A stretch of DNA of 64,000 nucleotides. Source: Nannocystales bacterium. GTDB taxonomy: Bacteria; Myxococcota_A; Polyangia; Nannocystales; Nannocystaceae. Numbering within the stretch: position 1 is the first letter of the stretch; each line of letters starts with the position of its first letter. Location: positions 1 to 64,000 of the forward strand of contig JBOEGF010000001.1 in assembly GCA_050633305.1 (NCBI GenBank), in the 5' to 3' direction. Shown piece by piece: positions 10,000 through 22,103 of this stretch. A program made the position numbers and the translations under genes. The notes beneath the pieces are model-generated. The model saw only the letters and a list, made by a program, of their open reading frames with translations, had not been told where the DNA came from and searched no databases.

Positions 10000-11288
10000 G
10001 GTTGCGCGATCGTCTGGGCGCCCGGGGGCCGTCGAAACCGGGTCTTGGATCGGGTGCAGCGGGCTCACGGGTGGGCGGCGGCCAAGGTTGGGAGCAAACG
10101 CGATGGACGGCTCCGGTCGAGACACCGCTGATGGGCGCTCTGGGAGCCCACGCCGTGCCGCGGGGCATGGAGACGCTCTCCGTGCCCGATGCTGCCTCGG
10201 TCGCTGCTGCTGTACGCGCACTCGAGGGCCCCGCCGCGGAGGCGGTCCATGCCTCGCGCCCGGTGGTTGTCCTGGACATCGAGACCAGTGGACTGGGGGC
10301 GTCGCTTGTCCCCTACATGGCGGCGCTTGCATGGCACGAGCGGGGCAGGATGCACCTCATGCAGTGGACGCTGCACTCGCCGGGGGCTGAGCGCGTGTTC
10401 TTGAACGACGTGTTTTCGTGTCTCGATCGGGTGCTACAGCCCGGGACGCGGTTGCTTTCGTACAACGGCAAGTCGTTCGATCTGCCACGCTTGCGTACCC
10501 GCGCGCAGCGTCTCGCGTTGGGCGATCGGGCAAGTCGGGGACAGGTGCCCTCACTCGGCGCGGCGCACCTGGACCTGGTGCTTGCGACGCGGAGGGTCTT
10601 CAAGACCGCGCTCCCCAACTGCCGGCTGGGGACCATCGAGTCCGAGGTGTTGGGGCATCGCCGTCGCGGGGACATGAGCGGCATGGAAATCGCGGAGCTG
10701 TGGGAGCGCATGGTTGCGACCCCCGGTCTGGCCGAAGCATTGTCCGACCCGGATTCGGTGGACACATCGGCGCAGGACGCCCTCGACCCATTCCTGCGAG
10801 ATGACCTCGCGGCCGCACAGCTTCACAACCGCGGAGACGTGTTCGGCCTGTGCTCGGTCGCGACCGCGGTCGCCAAGCGGCTCGAGCAGCCGGCCTCCCT
10901 GTCCGAGGCCATGGGGGCTGCGACCCACCTTCGGCAGATCGAGGCTCCAGACGCGGCGACCGAAGTCCTTCTGTCCCATCTGGATGCCTCCGGTCCGCCC
11001 CCCGGCCGAGGACAAGGCCGAGGACAAGGCACCAAGCAGGTCTGGGTCGACGCGGCCCTGTTGCTGGCCGATCTTCATCGGACCGCTGATCGGCATGAGG
11101 ACGCTGCGGGGCTGTGGCGCCGGGTCTGCGAGGCATCGGTGGGCCATGTCCGTGCTCACGAGGCGCTCGCCAAGCACCTGGAGCACCGGGTGCGTCGTCC
11201 CGACCTCGCGCTCGAGGTCGCGAGAGCCTCGTTGGCGCCGTGTCCGCGTCGTCTGGCTCGGCTCGAGAAGAAGACAGCCGCTCTGTAG
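9996..11288 (+). CDS. RNase H-like (DEDD) exonuclease with C-terminal helical/TPR-like region (MrfB/YprB-like)
   Basis: ATG at 9996 overlaps the helicase stop; LDIETSGL, SYNGKSFDLP, HLDL, CRLGTIE, HNRGDV, LAKHLEH. Confidence 0.85.
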   Translation: MRLRDRLGARGPSKPGLGSGAAGSRVGGGQGWEQTRWTAPVETPLMGALGAHAVPRGMETLSVPDAASVAAAVRALEGPAAEAVHASRPVVVLDIETSGLGASLVPYMAALAWHERGRMHLMQWTLHSPGAERVFLNDVFSCLDRVLQPGTRLLSYNGKSFDLPRLRTRAQRLALGDRASRGQVPSLGAAHLDLVLATRRVFKTALPNCRLGTIESEVLGHRRRGDMSGMEIAELWERMVATPGLAEALSDPDSVDTSAQDALDPFLRDDLAAAQLHNRGDVFGLCSVATAVAKRLEQPASLSEAMGAATHLRQIEAPDAATEVLLSHLDASGPPPGRGQGRGQGTKQVWVDAALLLADLHRTADRHEDAAGLWRRVCEASVGHVRAHEALAKHLEHRVRRPDLALEVARASLAPCPRRLARLEKKTAAL

Positions 11289-11432
11289 CGTTGCGAGTGC
11301 TTGCCTCGCTGGTCGTCGAGCAGATCCTGCGCGGCAGGTCATTTGCCGAGCCGGCGCGTTACATCCCCCGCGAGGCTGCTGTCCGACTGCTGCGATCACG
11401 CGCAGAGGGGACAGGACGCCCGTAGCATCGTC

Positions 11433-12944
11433 ATGTCCTCGGGCGTCTTCCGTCTCCTCCCTGCCGTCGTGGCCAGTTTGGGCTTCGCCAGCCTCTGCGG
11501 CGCCTGCAAGCCGGCACTGCTTTCAGCTCCGGCGGCACCCGCTGGCGTGGCACTCGCCCCAGCCGTCACCCCCGACCCGGGCGTCCAGGAGGCGATACCC
11601 AACCTCGTGTCGCTCGAGGTCGCGCTCGCGAATCGCTATGTGATGCCGGAGGTTCCCAGCGAGGTGTTCGCACGGCTGACTGTGCGCAGTGGCGCGCTTT
11701 CGGGGCAGCCGCGGCCTCCGGCGAACATCGCCCTGGTGGTCGATACCTCAGCGTCCATGAGAGGAAAGGCCATCGGTCGAGCCCGTGAGGCTGCCAAGGC
11801 GCTGGTTCAGGACCTCGAGGCCGGGGACCGGGTCAGCGTGGTTGCGTTCCACTCCCGCGGGGACGTGCTGCTGGAATCGGTCGAAATCCATGGTTCGAAT
11901 CGTCGGGAGGTGCTCGAGGCGCTTGAAGGCCTCGATGCCACCGGCACAACGGCCTTGGCCGAAGGTCTTTCCCTCGGGATGCAGCAGCTGCAACGGGAAC
12001 GCCGAAGTGATGTGGTCTCGCGGATGGTGTTGCTCAGTGACGGGGTTCCCAATGACAACGCCGCGGCTCGGCAGGCGGGGGCAACCTTGGCCTCGGCTTC
12101 GGTGAGCTTGACCGCGCTGGGGCTTGGCGTCGACTTCGATGAGGTGCTCCTCGCAGACCTCGCCTCGGGGTCCGGCGGGCGGTATCACTACGTCGACGAT
12201 GGGCAGCATCTCGCGAAGATCTTCAGGGAGGAGATCCTGGACATCGAGCAGCTCGTCGCCCAGGGAGCCACCCTCGACCTGCGGGCAGGACCCGGTGTGT
12301 CGATCCTCGAGGTGATGGGGCGAACACGGGGGCAGTTCGGGATGCGGACGGCGTCCGTGGCGGTTGGAGACCTGGAGGAGAACGATACGACCGAAGTGGT
12401 CGTGCGGCTTGGCGTCTCTGCGCACCGCGACGGAGCGAGCGTTGAGCTGTTGGATGCATCCCTGCGCTACTCCGACGCCACGGCTGGGGCGGGCACGCTC
12501 GAAGACAACGTCTTTGTCGCCGCCGAGGTCACCGGGGACGAAGAGCGGCGTCGGGCCGGCCGAGATGAAGAGACCGAGTTGGTCGTCGTTCGGGCGATGA
12601 CCGCATCGGCGGCATTGGAGGCTGTTGCGCTCGCGCGTGCGGGCCAGGTCACACGCGCCGACGTGCTGATCGAGACCTCTGAGAAGAGGGCCCGCACCCT
12701 CGCGGTTTCACAGAGGGACCCCGGCCTCACGGCCCTCGCCGACGATCTTGTCAAGATCCGAGGGACGCTCCCGAGTCTCGCCCCCAAGCCGGCGAGCAGC
12801 GCCAGCGGCGGCCCCGGAGTCGGCTCGCGGGCGCCGCGGAAGCCGAAGGTCTCCGTGCCGATGAAGGGTTCCGCGCGGGGGGGCCTGGTGGAGGCGCAAG
12901 GCATGAGAGGGGCTCACAGTCGGGCGTTCGAGGCCCTTCACTAG
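11433..12944 (+). CDS. VWA-domain lipoprotein (YfbK/Ca-activated chloride channel-like)
   Basis: Start at MSSGVFRLL..LCGAC; MIDAS DTSASM, GTTAL, LLSDG, GLGVDFDEVLL, GGRYHY. Confidence 0.85.
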   Translation: MSSGVFRLLPAVVASLGFASLCGACKPALLSAPAAPAGVALAPAVTPDPGVQEAIPNLVSLEVALANRYVMPEVPSEVFARLTVRSGALSGQPRPPANIALVVDTSASMRGKAIGRAREAAKALVQDLEAGDRVSVVAFHSRGDVLLESVEIHGSNRREVLEALEGLDATGTTALAEGLSLGMQQLQRERRSDVVSRMVLLSDGVPNDNAAARQAGATLASASVSLTALGLGVDFDEVLLADLASGSGGRYHYVDDGQHLAKIFREEILDIEQLVAQGATLDLRAGPGVSILEVMGRTRGQFGMRTASVAVGDLEENDTTEVVVRLGVSAHRDGASVELLDASLRYSDATAGAGTLEDNVFVAAEVTGDEERRRAGRDEETELVVVRAMTASAALEAVALARAGQVTRADVLIETSEKRARTLAVSQRDPGLTALADDLVKIRGTLPSLAPKPASSASGGPGVGSRAPRKPKVSVPMKGSARGGLVEAQGMRGAHSRAFEALH

Positions 12945-13012
12945 CCCTCGTCGGAGTCTGCCCACAGGCGGGTGTAAGCCGTCGTGGCGTCGCGCGTTGG
13001 GGGCGTGGTGGC

Positions 13013-14089
13013 ATGCGGGTCTCGCGGCGTTTGTGCAATCGGGCAGGAGGGCGAGGCCGCTTCCGGAGCAAGGTGGACGTGATACCGTCGAGCGCGAACG
13101 TGAGGGACTCTCTTGGATCTTCGGTGAGTTCCGTGGCCCTTCCGCCGCGGACTCGGACCATCTTGGGTGGTCGATGGTCGGCGGGCCTCTCGAGCCTCGC
13201 GCTCGTCGCTTCCGTGGGACCGGGGTGCATGACCCTGACACCACAGCTGCCGCCCACCGACTTCGCGGAACTCGAGAAGATCGAGGATCGCGACGAGCGA
13301 GAACAGCAGTACGCCGAGCAGCAAATCTATACGGAGCACATGCCGCAAGGCACCCGGTTCACGAAAGGGACCGACCCGAGCACGCCGCGGAGCTGGCAGT
13401 CGCTCGATGTGGTGCTGCACTCCGACGCCAGCTCGGCTGCGGCGCTTCCCACTCGCCAGCTTCGGAGGAGCCGGCTGTTCGCGGCGCTCACGGTTGCGGC
13501 GGGAATCCTGACGATCGCGGGTGCAGCTGCATCGGCACGGGAGGGCCTCAATCTGGGCGATATCGATCCCGCGGGCGGCGTGCTGCTGGGCGGCGGCCTG
13601 GCCACGGTTGGATTCGCGATCACCTCCGGCGTCTTCTTCGGCAAGAGCCGACAGGGGTACGAGCGTGCCGTGGACGTCTACAACGACAGCTTGGGGATGC
13701 GGCTTGGGTTGCTGGACGGCGAGGGGAACTACCTGCCGCCCCGCGGCGCGCTGGTGGACGCGGATGGCAACGTCGTCCTCGATCCCGGGGTCGACGAGAG
13801 GCCGGTCACCATCCCGACCCCCGTAGAGTCGGCTCCAGTGCCGGCAGCTCAACCGCCGGTCGCGGAGCCTGCCGCTGTAGCTCCCGCAGAGCCCGCTGAA
13901 GATCCGGCTGCCGACACCACTGCCGCGCCCACACCCGAAGCCGAGTTGGGGACGGAAGCCCCCGCTGAGCCCACACCCGAAGTGCCCGCGGCTGAGGCGG
14001 CCCCGGCGGATCCTGGCTCCGAACCCACGGTCGCGACTCCGGAGCCCGGGCCGAGCACGGCAGCTCTGCAGCTTCAGCCCCGAATCTGA
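13013..14089 (+). CDS. Hypothetical membrane protein/lipoprotein with Pro/Ala/Glu-rich tail (true start probably near 13130)
   Basis: LSSLALVASVGPGC lipobox-like segment, two hydrophobic helices, RAVDVYND, low-complexity C-terminus. Confidence 0.65.
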   Translation: MRVSRRLCNRAGGRGRFRSKVDVIPSSANVRDSLGSSVSSVALPPRTRTILGGRWSAGLSSLALVASVGPGCMTLTPQLPPTDFAELEKIEDRDEREQQYAEQQIYTEHMPQGTRFTKGTDPSTPRSWQSLDVVLHSDASSAAALPTRQLRRSRLFAALTVAAGILTIAGAAASAREGLNLGDIDPAGGVLLGGGLATVGFAITSGVFFGKSRQGYERAVDVYNDSLGMRLGLLDGEGNYLPPRGALVDADGNVVLDPGVDERPVTIPTPVESAPVPAAQPPVAEPAAVAPAEPAEDPAADTTAAPTPEAELGTEAPAEPTPEVPAAEAAPADPGSEPTVATPEPGPSTAALQLQPRI

Positions 14090-14193
14090 GTCGTTCGGAC
14101 GCGATCCCGACGTCTGAGGACCTTCGTCATCCCCGCGTCTTTGGGCCGCGGGGCCTGGCCACTGTGGCCTCACGCATGCTAGGTCTGCTGCGC

Positions 14194-14565
14194 ATGAAGC
14201 TGGTCTTGCCTCTAGCGCTCGGTTTGGGCGCTCTCGCGTGCGGCGACCCGACGGGGCCCACCACGCCGATCGATGGGAAGCAGATCTACGACCAGTACTG
14301 CGCACGGTGCCATGGCGTCGATGGGGCAGGCGTCGAAGAACAGCCTGCAGCGTTGGGGCGACTCAACAACCTGCCGTTGATGTCGTCGAAGAACGATCAG
14401 CAGATCATGGGTGTCATTCGGGCAGGCAAGCCGCCCAACATGCCTGGCTTCGCGGGTGAGTTCACCGAAGCCAAACTCATGGTGTTGACGGCCTACGTTC
14501 GCTCGCTGTCCCTGCCGGGCGTGGGTGCCACCCCCACTGAAGCCAAGCCGGCGGCGCCCGAGTGA
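14194..14565 (+). CDS. Monoheme class I cytochrome c lipoprotein
   Basis: MKLVLPLALGLGALAC lipobox; GKQIYDQYCARCHG heme motif; MPGF candidate axial Met. Confidence 0.9.
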   Translation: MKLVLPLALGLGALACGDPTGPTTPIDGKQIYDQYCARCHGVDGAGVEEQPAALGRLNNLPLMSSKNDQQIMGVIRAGKPPNMPGFAGEFTEAKLMVLTAYVRSLSLPGVGATPTEAKPAAPE

Positions 14566-16250
14566 GCTCGCAGCCCGGGCCTGAGCTCGTCTGGCCCGGC
14601 AAGTACGCCGAGGACGGCTCGCTCTTTGAGCCCGAACGCTCCGGTGCGGTCGCGAAAACGGTGCAGCAGATCGGTCGTGGATCCGAACCCGATCGCGTTT
14701 TGCACGGCGACAACCTCGATGCGCTCGACGCTCTGGTCCAGACCCATGCGCAGCAGGTCGACCTCATCTACATCGATCCGCCGTTCTCCACCGGGGGACA
14801 GTTCCAGGTCGCGACCCGGGTAGGAAAAGGAGAGTCCCGCAAGGCACCACCGGAGATCCGCGCGCCTGCGTACAGCGACCGCTTTGATGGGGGCCCGACC
14901 GGTTTCCTTCAGATGATGGCGCCCCGCCTCCGCCGGATGCACGCCTTGCTCGCGCCGCACGGGAGCTTCTACTTGCACGTCGATCCGACGATCGGGCACA
15001 TGGCCAAGCTCCTGCTCGACGAGGTCTTCGGGCCCGAATGCTTCCAGCGCGAGATCGTTTGGCGCATCGGATGGATCTCGGGGTTCAAGTCCAAGGCCAA
15101 GAACTGGATTCGCAACCACGACCTCATCTACTTCTACGTGAAGGACCCCCAGACCTTCACGTTCAACAAGATGTACGTGCCGTACCCGGACGGCTACGTC
15201 CGGCGTGACGGGAAGCGACCCACCGGCAAGGGCGTCCCGATCGACGATGTGTGGAACGCAAACACGTCCGAGTTCGCCCTGCGAGGCAAGGACTCGCTCG
15301 ACTCGATCCAGATCAAGAGCTTCTCGGGCGAGAAGTGCGGCTACGCCACGCAGAAGAACGAGAGCCTGGCACGGCGGGTGATCGAGGCGTCTTCCAACCC
15401 CGGCGACCTCGTCCTCGACGCGTTTTGCGGGTCGGGTACGCTTGGGGTGGCAGCGCGAGGCTTGGGTCGACGTTTTGTCGGCATCGACTGCTCGGCATCG
15501 GCGGTGCATATCGCGACCAAGCGGCTGTTGGACGTCGACGTTGAAGACGCTCCGCCGGTTCGCGTCGAGCGGGTTGTTCAGCCCGATCGCAGTGAGCGGT
15601 TCGCCGCGCGGGTCCGCGACCACCTGGGTATCGAGGGGGACACCCTGGATGGGACGAGGGTGGTCATCGCTGGGTACGACGAGGCGGTCACGTCCGAGCG
15701 TATCGAGGCGTGGGCGCAAGGAGTCGGGGATGCGTTGGTCGTCGTCGGGCGTCGCTTCGACCTCCCCTTGCGCGGGGTTGAGGTCTCAGGCGTCGACCTC
15801 ACCGTGCTGCGGGTCTCCGAGGACCTGTGGAACGACGCGGTCGCGGCCGCCCGCGGTGCCGCCGTCCATGAGCTCCCGACCGTCGGGCTCGACGTGATGC
15901 GTGAGGGGGACACCTGGTCGCTGGTACTCGACGACTACGGGGTGCCGCACCCTCAGCGTCTGGACCCGGAACTCGTCGCAGCGGTGCAGGATCCGCTCGA
16001 CTTCGTCGACGCTTGGTCGATTACGTGGAACGCGTCGCCTTTGCTCGCACTGCAAACCGACGTTGCGTACGCACGGTCCCACCAGCGCCGGACGTTGCCG
16101 AACCGGTCGGAGCCTCAGCCGCTGCCCACCGCTGCGCAGTCGATCCGTGTGCGCCTCGTCGATGTGCTGTTTCAACACAGCACGATCTCGGCCAAGGTCG
16201 TGCCGTGCCCCGAGGCAGGGGTTCGACTCGAAGACGTTCGCCTACGGTGA
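14562..16250 (+). CDS. Site-specific DNA methyltransferase (N6A/N4C, beta class, Mod-like)
   Basis: GDNL, YIDPPF (motif IV) precedes DAFCGSGT (motif I); REIVW, DDVW, TQKNE; extra C-terminal domain. Confidence 0.9.
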   Translation: MSSQPGPELVWPGKYAEDGSLFEPERSGAVAKTVQQIGRGSEPDRVLHGDNLDALDALVQTHAQQVDLIYIDPPFSTGGQFQVATRVGKGESRKAPPEIRAPAYSDRFDGGPTGFLQMMAPRLRRMHALLAPHGSFYLHVDPTIGHMAKLLLDEVFGPECFQREIVWRIGWISGFKSKAKNWIRNHDLIYFYVKDPQTFTFNKMYVPYPDGYVRRDGKRPTGKGVPIDDVWNANTSEFALRGKDSLDSIQIKSFSGEKCGYATQKNESLARRVIEASSNPGDLVLDAFCGSGTLGVAARGLGRRFVGIDCSASAVHIATKRLLDVDVEDAPPVRVERVVQPDRSERFAARVRDHLGIEGDTLDGTRVVIAGYDEAVTSERIEAWAQGVGDALVVVGRRFDLPLRGVEVSGVDLTVLRVSEDLWNDAVAAARGAAVHELPTVGLDVMREGDTWSLVLDDYGVPHPQRLDPELVAAVQDPLDFVDAWSITWNASPLLALQTDVAYARSHQRRTLPNRSEPQPLPTAAQSIRVRLVDVLFQHSTISAKVVPCPEAGVRLEDVRLR

Positions 16251-16739
16251 GGTGGCGCCGATGGTGTGGCGTACCCCGCCCACCTCGAGGACCGCCGCGT
16301 CGTGCTCGTCGAAATGAATCCACTCCGAGAGCTGCATACTGGCCGCGTTGGTGAAACGCACGGCGATCGGTCGCCCGCTGTGTGCGGCCGGAACGGACGC
16401 CCGGAGGCCCAGCTCGGGCTCCTCCCAGAGGGTTTCGGCGGTCAAGGGCAGCGTCCGACCGTCGTCGAGCCGTAGCTGGACGTGGCTGTCACACAGCGAC
16501 ACCGCGGTCGCCCGCAGAGGGCAGTCCTCGACCGTCACGTAGCACCACTGAGCGCCCAGATGGACGATCGGCTCGCCCTCCGCCGTGACGTCGAGCCCGG
16601 CGCGCAGGGCCGATTCGACCCGTGCGTGGGTGACGTCGGCCCCATCGAACCGAAAACGCCCCGTGCGGCTGAGGACGAGCGGAACCCCGCGGCGTAGCCG
16701 CTCCAGCATCTGTGGATCAATGCCCGGGACATCGCTCAT
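16242..16739 (-). CDS. DUF1285-like protein
   Basis: Start at MSDVPG; GRFRFDGADVTH..CYVTVEDCP..VRF pattern resembles DUF1285. Confidence 0.65.
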   Translation of the reverse strand: MSDVPGIDPQMLERLRRGVPLVLSRTGRFRFDGADVTHARVESALRAGLDVTAEGEPIVHLGAQWCYVTVEDCPLRATAVSLCDSHVQLRLDDGRTLPLTAETLWEEPELGLRASVPAAHSGRPIAVRFTNAASMQLSEWIHFDEHDAAVLEVGGVRHTIGATSP

Positions 16740-16797
16740 CGGGGCAGTGTAGCGCCCCGCGTTGCTCCGGGCGCGCAGGTCGTGATAGGGCGACCTC

Positions 16798-18825
16798 GTG
16801 AGCGTCGTCGTGCTCGACAAGGTGTCGCTGGGCTTCGGCAAGAAGCAGTTGGTGGAGGACCTCGATCTGCGGATTGCGCCGGGCGATCGTATCGGGCTGA
16901 TCGGTCCGAACGGGTCGGGGAAGTCCAGCATCATGCGGATGTTCGCCGGGGAGATGGCGCCCGACGGCGGCTCCGTGCGGCTGCAGAAGAACGCCCGCGT
17001 CGGGTACCTGTCCCAGGACCTCGACGAGACCAGCGACCTCACGGTCTTGCAGACGGTGTTGGGCGGGGTGCCTGGCCGTCCTGCCCTCGAAGAGGCGGTC
17101 ACCTCGGCCGAGACGGCGATGGCTGCGGCGCAAGCGTCGGGCGACGAGACGGCGATGATGGACGTGTCGGCCGACCTCGCCGAGGCCCACGAACGTCTCG
17201 CCAATTTCGACCTGCACTATGCCGAGCACGAGGCGCACCGGATCCTCGCAGGCCTCGGGTTCGAGTCCGAAGAGCATGCGCGCCCGATGTCGGAGCTCTC
17301 CGGGGGCTGGCGGATGCGGGCGGTGCTCGCCTCGCTGTTGTTCTCGCGTCCCGACGTGTTGCTGCTCGATGAGCCGACCAACCACCTCGACCTGCCGACG
17401 GTCGCGTGGTTCGGAGGCTTTCTTCGCCAGTACTCCGGGGCGTTCGTCCTGATCTGCCACGACCGGGACTTCCTGGCCGATCAGGCCGGCCGCATCGTCA
17501 GTCTCGAGCCCGAAGGTGTTCGTCAGTTTCGCGGCCCCTACGACCAGTACGTCAAGCACCGCGCGGAGGAAGAGATCGTGCTCGAAAACCAGGCCCGCAA
17601 CCTGGCGCGCGAGCGGGAGAAGACCGAGCAGTTCATCGAACGGTTTCGAGCTCAGGCCAACAAGGCGAAGGCGGTGCAGAGCCGCGTCAAGGCGCTCGCG
17701 AAGATGGACGAGGTCCAGACCTTCGTCCGCCGAAAGGTCATGGGGTTCTCGTTCCCGCCGTGTCCTCGCAGCGGGGATGTCTCGCTGAAGGTGAACAAAC
17801 TTGACCAGGGCTTTGGCGAACGCAAGGTCCTCGATGGTGTGGACCTCACCGTCATGCGCGGGGAGAAGATCGGCATCATCGGCGTGAACGGGGCCGGCAA
17901 GACGACGCTCTTGCGCACGATCGCCGGGGAGATCGAAGCCAAGGGAGGCTCGATCGAGCTCGGTCACAACGTGAAGCTCGGCTACTACGCCCAGCACCAT
18001 GCCGACGTGCTCACCGGCTCCGAGACCGTGCTCGAGACCGTCTCGCAGCGCAACACGGGCGCGTCCGAGACCGCGGTGCGGAACATGCTGGGCTCGTTCC
18101 TCTTCAGTGATGAAGATGTGGACAAGCCGATCAAGGTCCTCTCGGGTGGGGAGCGGGCTCGGGTCGCGTTGGCGCGCCTGCTCATCGCGCCGGGCAACCT
18201 GGTGATGATGGACGAGCCAACCAACCACCTCGACCTCGAGTCGAGCGAGAGCCTGGCGAAGTCGCTCTCGACGTACGACGGCACGCTGATCTTCGTCAGT
18301 CACAACCGAAGCTTCGTGCGCCAGCTTGCGACCAAGATCTGGAATGTCGAGAGCGGCAAGGTCGAGCTCTACCCGGGCACCCTCGACGAGTACATCGAGC
18401 GAACCGGGGGCGAGAAGCCCGATGCGAAGAAGCCCACCGCATCGGCCGAGCTTGGTGTGGAGCCCGGCAAGGGCAACAACCCGGCCAGCGGGACAAAGGG
18501 CGATGCTGCCGCTCCCGGGGAATCTCGGGCAGCCAAGAAGGCCCGCAAGCGCGAGGAAGCCCAGCGGCGGTCCAACGCCGGCAAGAAGCTGGGGCCGATC
18601 AAAAAGCGGGTCGCGGAGCTCGAAGCCAAGATCGAGGTCCTCGAGACCGACCAGCGAGCACGAAACCTCGCTCTCGCGGATCCGGCGACGTACAACGACG
18701 CGACCAAGCGCAACGAGCTGCTCACGGCCTATCAGCGAGACGAGGATGCGCTCGCAGAGGTCAACGAGCAGTGGGAGATGGCGACGGTTCAGCTCGAAGA
18801 GCTCGAGGCCGAGTCCGCAGACTGA
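16798..18825 (+). CDS. ABC-F family ATPase (YheS/Uup-like)
   Basis: Two NBDs (GPNGSGKS/LSGGW/DEPTNHLD and GVNGAGKT/LSGGE/DEPTNHLD), no TM segments, C-terminal coiled coil. Confidence 0.95.
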   Translation: MSVVVLDKVSLGFGKKQLVEDLDLRIAPGDRIGLIGPNGSGKSSIMRMFAGEMAPDGGSVRLQKNARVGYLSQDLDETSDLTVLQTVLGGVPGRPALEEAVTSAETAMAAAQASGDETAMMDVSADLAEAHERLANFDLHYAEHEAHRILAGLGFESEEHARPMSELSGGWRMRAVLASLLFSRPDVLLLDEPTNHLDLPTVAWFGGFLRQYSGAFVLICHDRDFLADQAGRIVSLEPEGVRQFRGPYDQYVKHRAEEEIVLENQARNLAREREKTEQFIERFRAQANKAKAVQSRVKALAKMDEVQTFVRRKVMGFSFPPCPRSGDVSLKVNKLDQGFGERKVLDGVDLTVMRGEKIGIIGVNGAGKTTLLRTIAGEIEAKGGSIELGHNVKLGYYAQHHADVLTGSETVLETVSQRNTGASETAVRNMLGSFLFSDEDVDKPIKVLSGGERARVALARLLIAPGNLVMMDEPTNHLDLESSESLAKSLSTYDGTLIFVSHNRSFVRQLATKIWNVESGKVELYPGTLDEYIERTGGEKPDAKKPTASAELGVEPGKGNNPASGTKGDAAAPGESRAAKKARKREEAQRRSNAGKKLGPIKKRVAELEAKIEVLETDQRARNLALADPATYNDATKRNELLTAYQRDEDALAEVNEQWEMATVQLEELEAESAD

Positions 18826-18957
18826 CCCCCCCGCTTGGACCCTTCGTGGCGTTGGGACCCCGCCTGGACCTGAGCGCCAGCGGCCTCTCGTCACGCGTGC
18901 ACCGGGCTCGGGACGCAGTGCCGGGACACCTGGGGGTCTCGCCAGCCCGTCGGGCCC

Positions 18958-18989
18958 AAAGAAAAGGGCCGCCGTGTGAACGACGGCCC
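18958..18989 (-). terminator. Intrinsic terminator for the 19015-20802 gene
   Basis: Minus strand GGGCCGTCGT-TCAC-ACGGCGGCCC hairpin followed by TTTTCTTT, about 25 nt past the stop. Confidence 0.75.
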
Positions 18990-19014
18990 CTGCGACGCCT
19001 TCGCGTCGGCGCTC

Positions 19015-20802
<1,788 letters not shown>

Positions 20803-20955
20803 AGCTCGCAGAAGGTAGCACAATAGGCGCGAAACCCCGCTTGGCGGGATGGGTCCACACGGCCCCGCCCCTGGTCATGCGTGCCGCCCCGATGCTGCTG
20901 AACTGTGTGACAGGGGCGGTTGGCCAATGGTGGGCGGCCAGGATATAGCGGCTCG

Positions 20956-22065
20956 GTGAACGGACGCTCTGCGCACGAACCGAGCGAAGGTGGCCCGGTG
21001 CGGTCCGGCTCGGCGCTGTCGGCTCGATTGAGCCGTCCGCCCCCGCGATTGGAGCTGGCTGAGCTGCCCACGCCCGTGGAGCGCGCGCCTTGGCTCGACA
21101 CGACCCGGGCCAAGGTTTGGATCAAGCGGGACGACCTCAGCAGCCCGATCTACGGCGGAGGCAAGGTCCGCAAGCTGGAGTGGATTCTTGCCAACGCTCC
21201 CTTCGACACCGACGCCCCGATCTTGAGTCTCGGCGGCATCGGTAGTCACCACCTATTGTCGCTGGCGTTGTTCCTGCGGACCCAAGGACGGACCCTGCAT
21301 GGCCTCACGTTCACGCAGGCGAAGACCGCCCACGTGAAGAAAAACCTGGCCGTGTTGCTGTCCTGCGGGGCGCGGCTGTGGAACGTGCCGACGCGGGCTG
21401 AGCTACCCAGAGCGTGGCTGGCCTATCACCTCTGGGATCGCCCCGAGCGCAAGGGGGTTTCGATGTCGGCGGGGGCCAGCACACCGCTGGGGTGTTTCGG
21501 CTTCGTCGACGCAGCATTCGAAGTCGCGGCCCAGGTGGGCGCGGGTCTGTTGGCCAAGCCGGATGTGCTGTACGTGACCGCGGGCTCCGCGGGGACGGCA
21601 GCCGGGCTCGCACTCGGGTTTGCGCTGGTCGGGATGCCCCTGCACATGCACTTGGTCTCGTCCGTCGAGCCCTGGGCGTTCAACCCGTTGATGATGGAGC
21701 TCAAGATGCGCGGCGCTCTCAAGGCGCTTCGTCGTGCGGGGCTCGAGGTCGCGGGGAGCCCTCGTTCGCTGCTCCGCGCTGCGGGCGTGACCTACCAGGT
21801 CGACTATGACGAGGTCGGCGCCGGGTACGGAGAGCCGACTCAGGCGGGGCTCGATGCGGTCGCGGTCGCACAAGCCCACGGGATCGGCCTCGAACCGACC
21901 TACACCGCCAAGTGTGTTGCGGCGTTGCTCCGGACCGAGGCGCACGACCGTGGGCGGCCCCACAACGTGTTGTTTTGGCACACCCACGCGGGCAACGACC
22001 TCACCTCGCAGATCGAGCCGGGTTGGGAAACGCGCAGCCCGGTATCCTTCGACGGCATCGACTGA
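20956..22065 (+). CDS. PLP-dependent D-cysteine desulfhydrase/ACC deaminase family protein
   Basis: PTPVE, IKRDD, GGGKVRKLE, GSAGTAAGL, LEPTYTAK, LFWHT; GTG start at 20956 preferred. Confidence 0.88.
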   Translation: MNGRSAHEPSEGGPVRSGSALSARLSRPPPRLELAELPTPVERAPWLDTTRAKVWIKRDDLSSPIYGGGKVRKLEWILANAPFDTDAPILSLGGIGSHHLLSLALFLRTQGRTLHGLTFTQAKTAHVKKNLAVLLSCGARLWNVPTRAELPRAWLAYHLWDRPERKGVSMSAGASTPLGCFGFVDAAFEVAAQVGAGLLAKPDVLYVTAGSAGTAAGLALGFALVGMPLHMHLVSSVEPWAFNPLMMELKMRGALKALRRAGLEVAGSPRSLLRAAGVTYQVDYDEVGAGYGEPTQAGLDAVAVAQAHGIGLEPTYTAKCVAALLRTEAHDRGRPHNVLFWHTHAGNDLTSQIEPGWETRSPVSFDGID

Positions 22066-22103
22066 CTTGCCGCGCGCAGTCGGAAAGCCGATAGTCCGCG
22101 ACT

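Noticed and set aside
11004..11030. 12-nt tandem duplication GGCCGAGGACAA
   Set aside because: In-frame GRGQ duplication in a linker; no evidence of significance.
7216..16250. DISARM-like defence island (DUF1998 helicase plus methyltransferase)
   Set aside because: The genes are separated by unrelated ORFs, other DISARM components are absent, and the helicase partner is MrfB-like.
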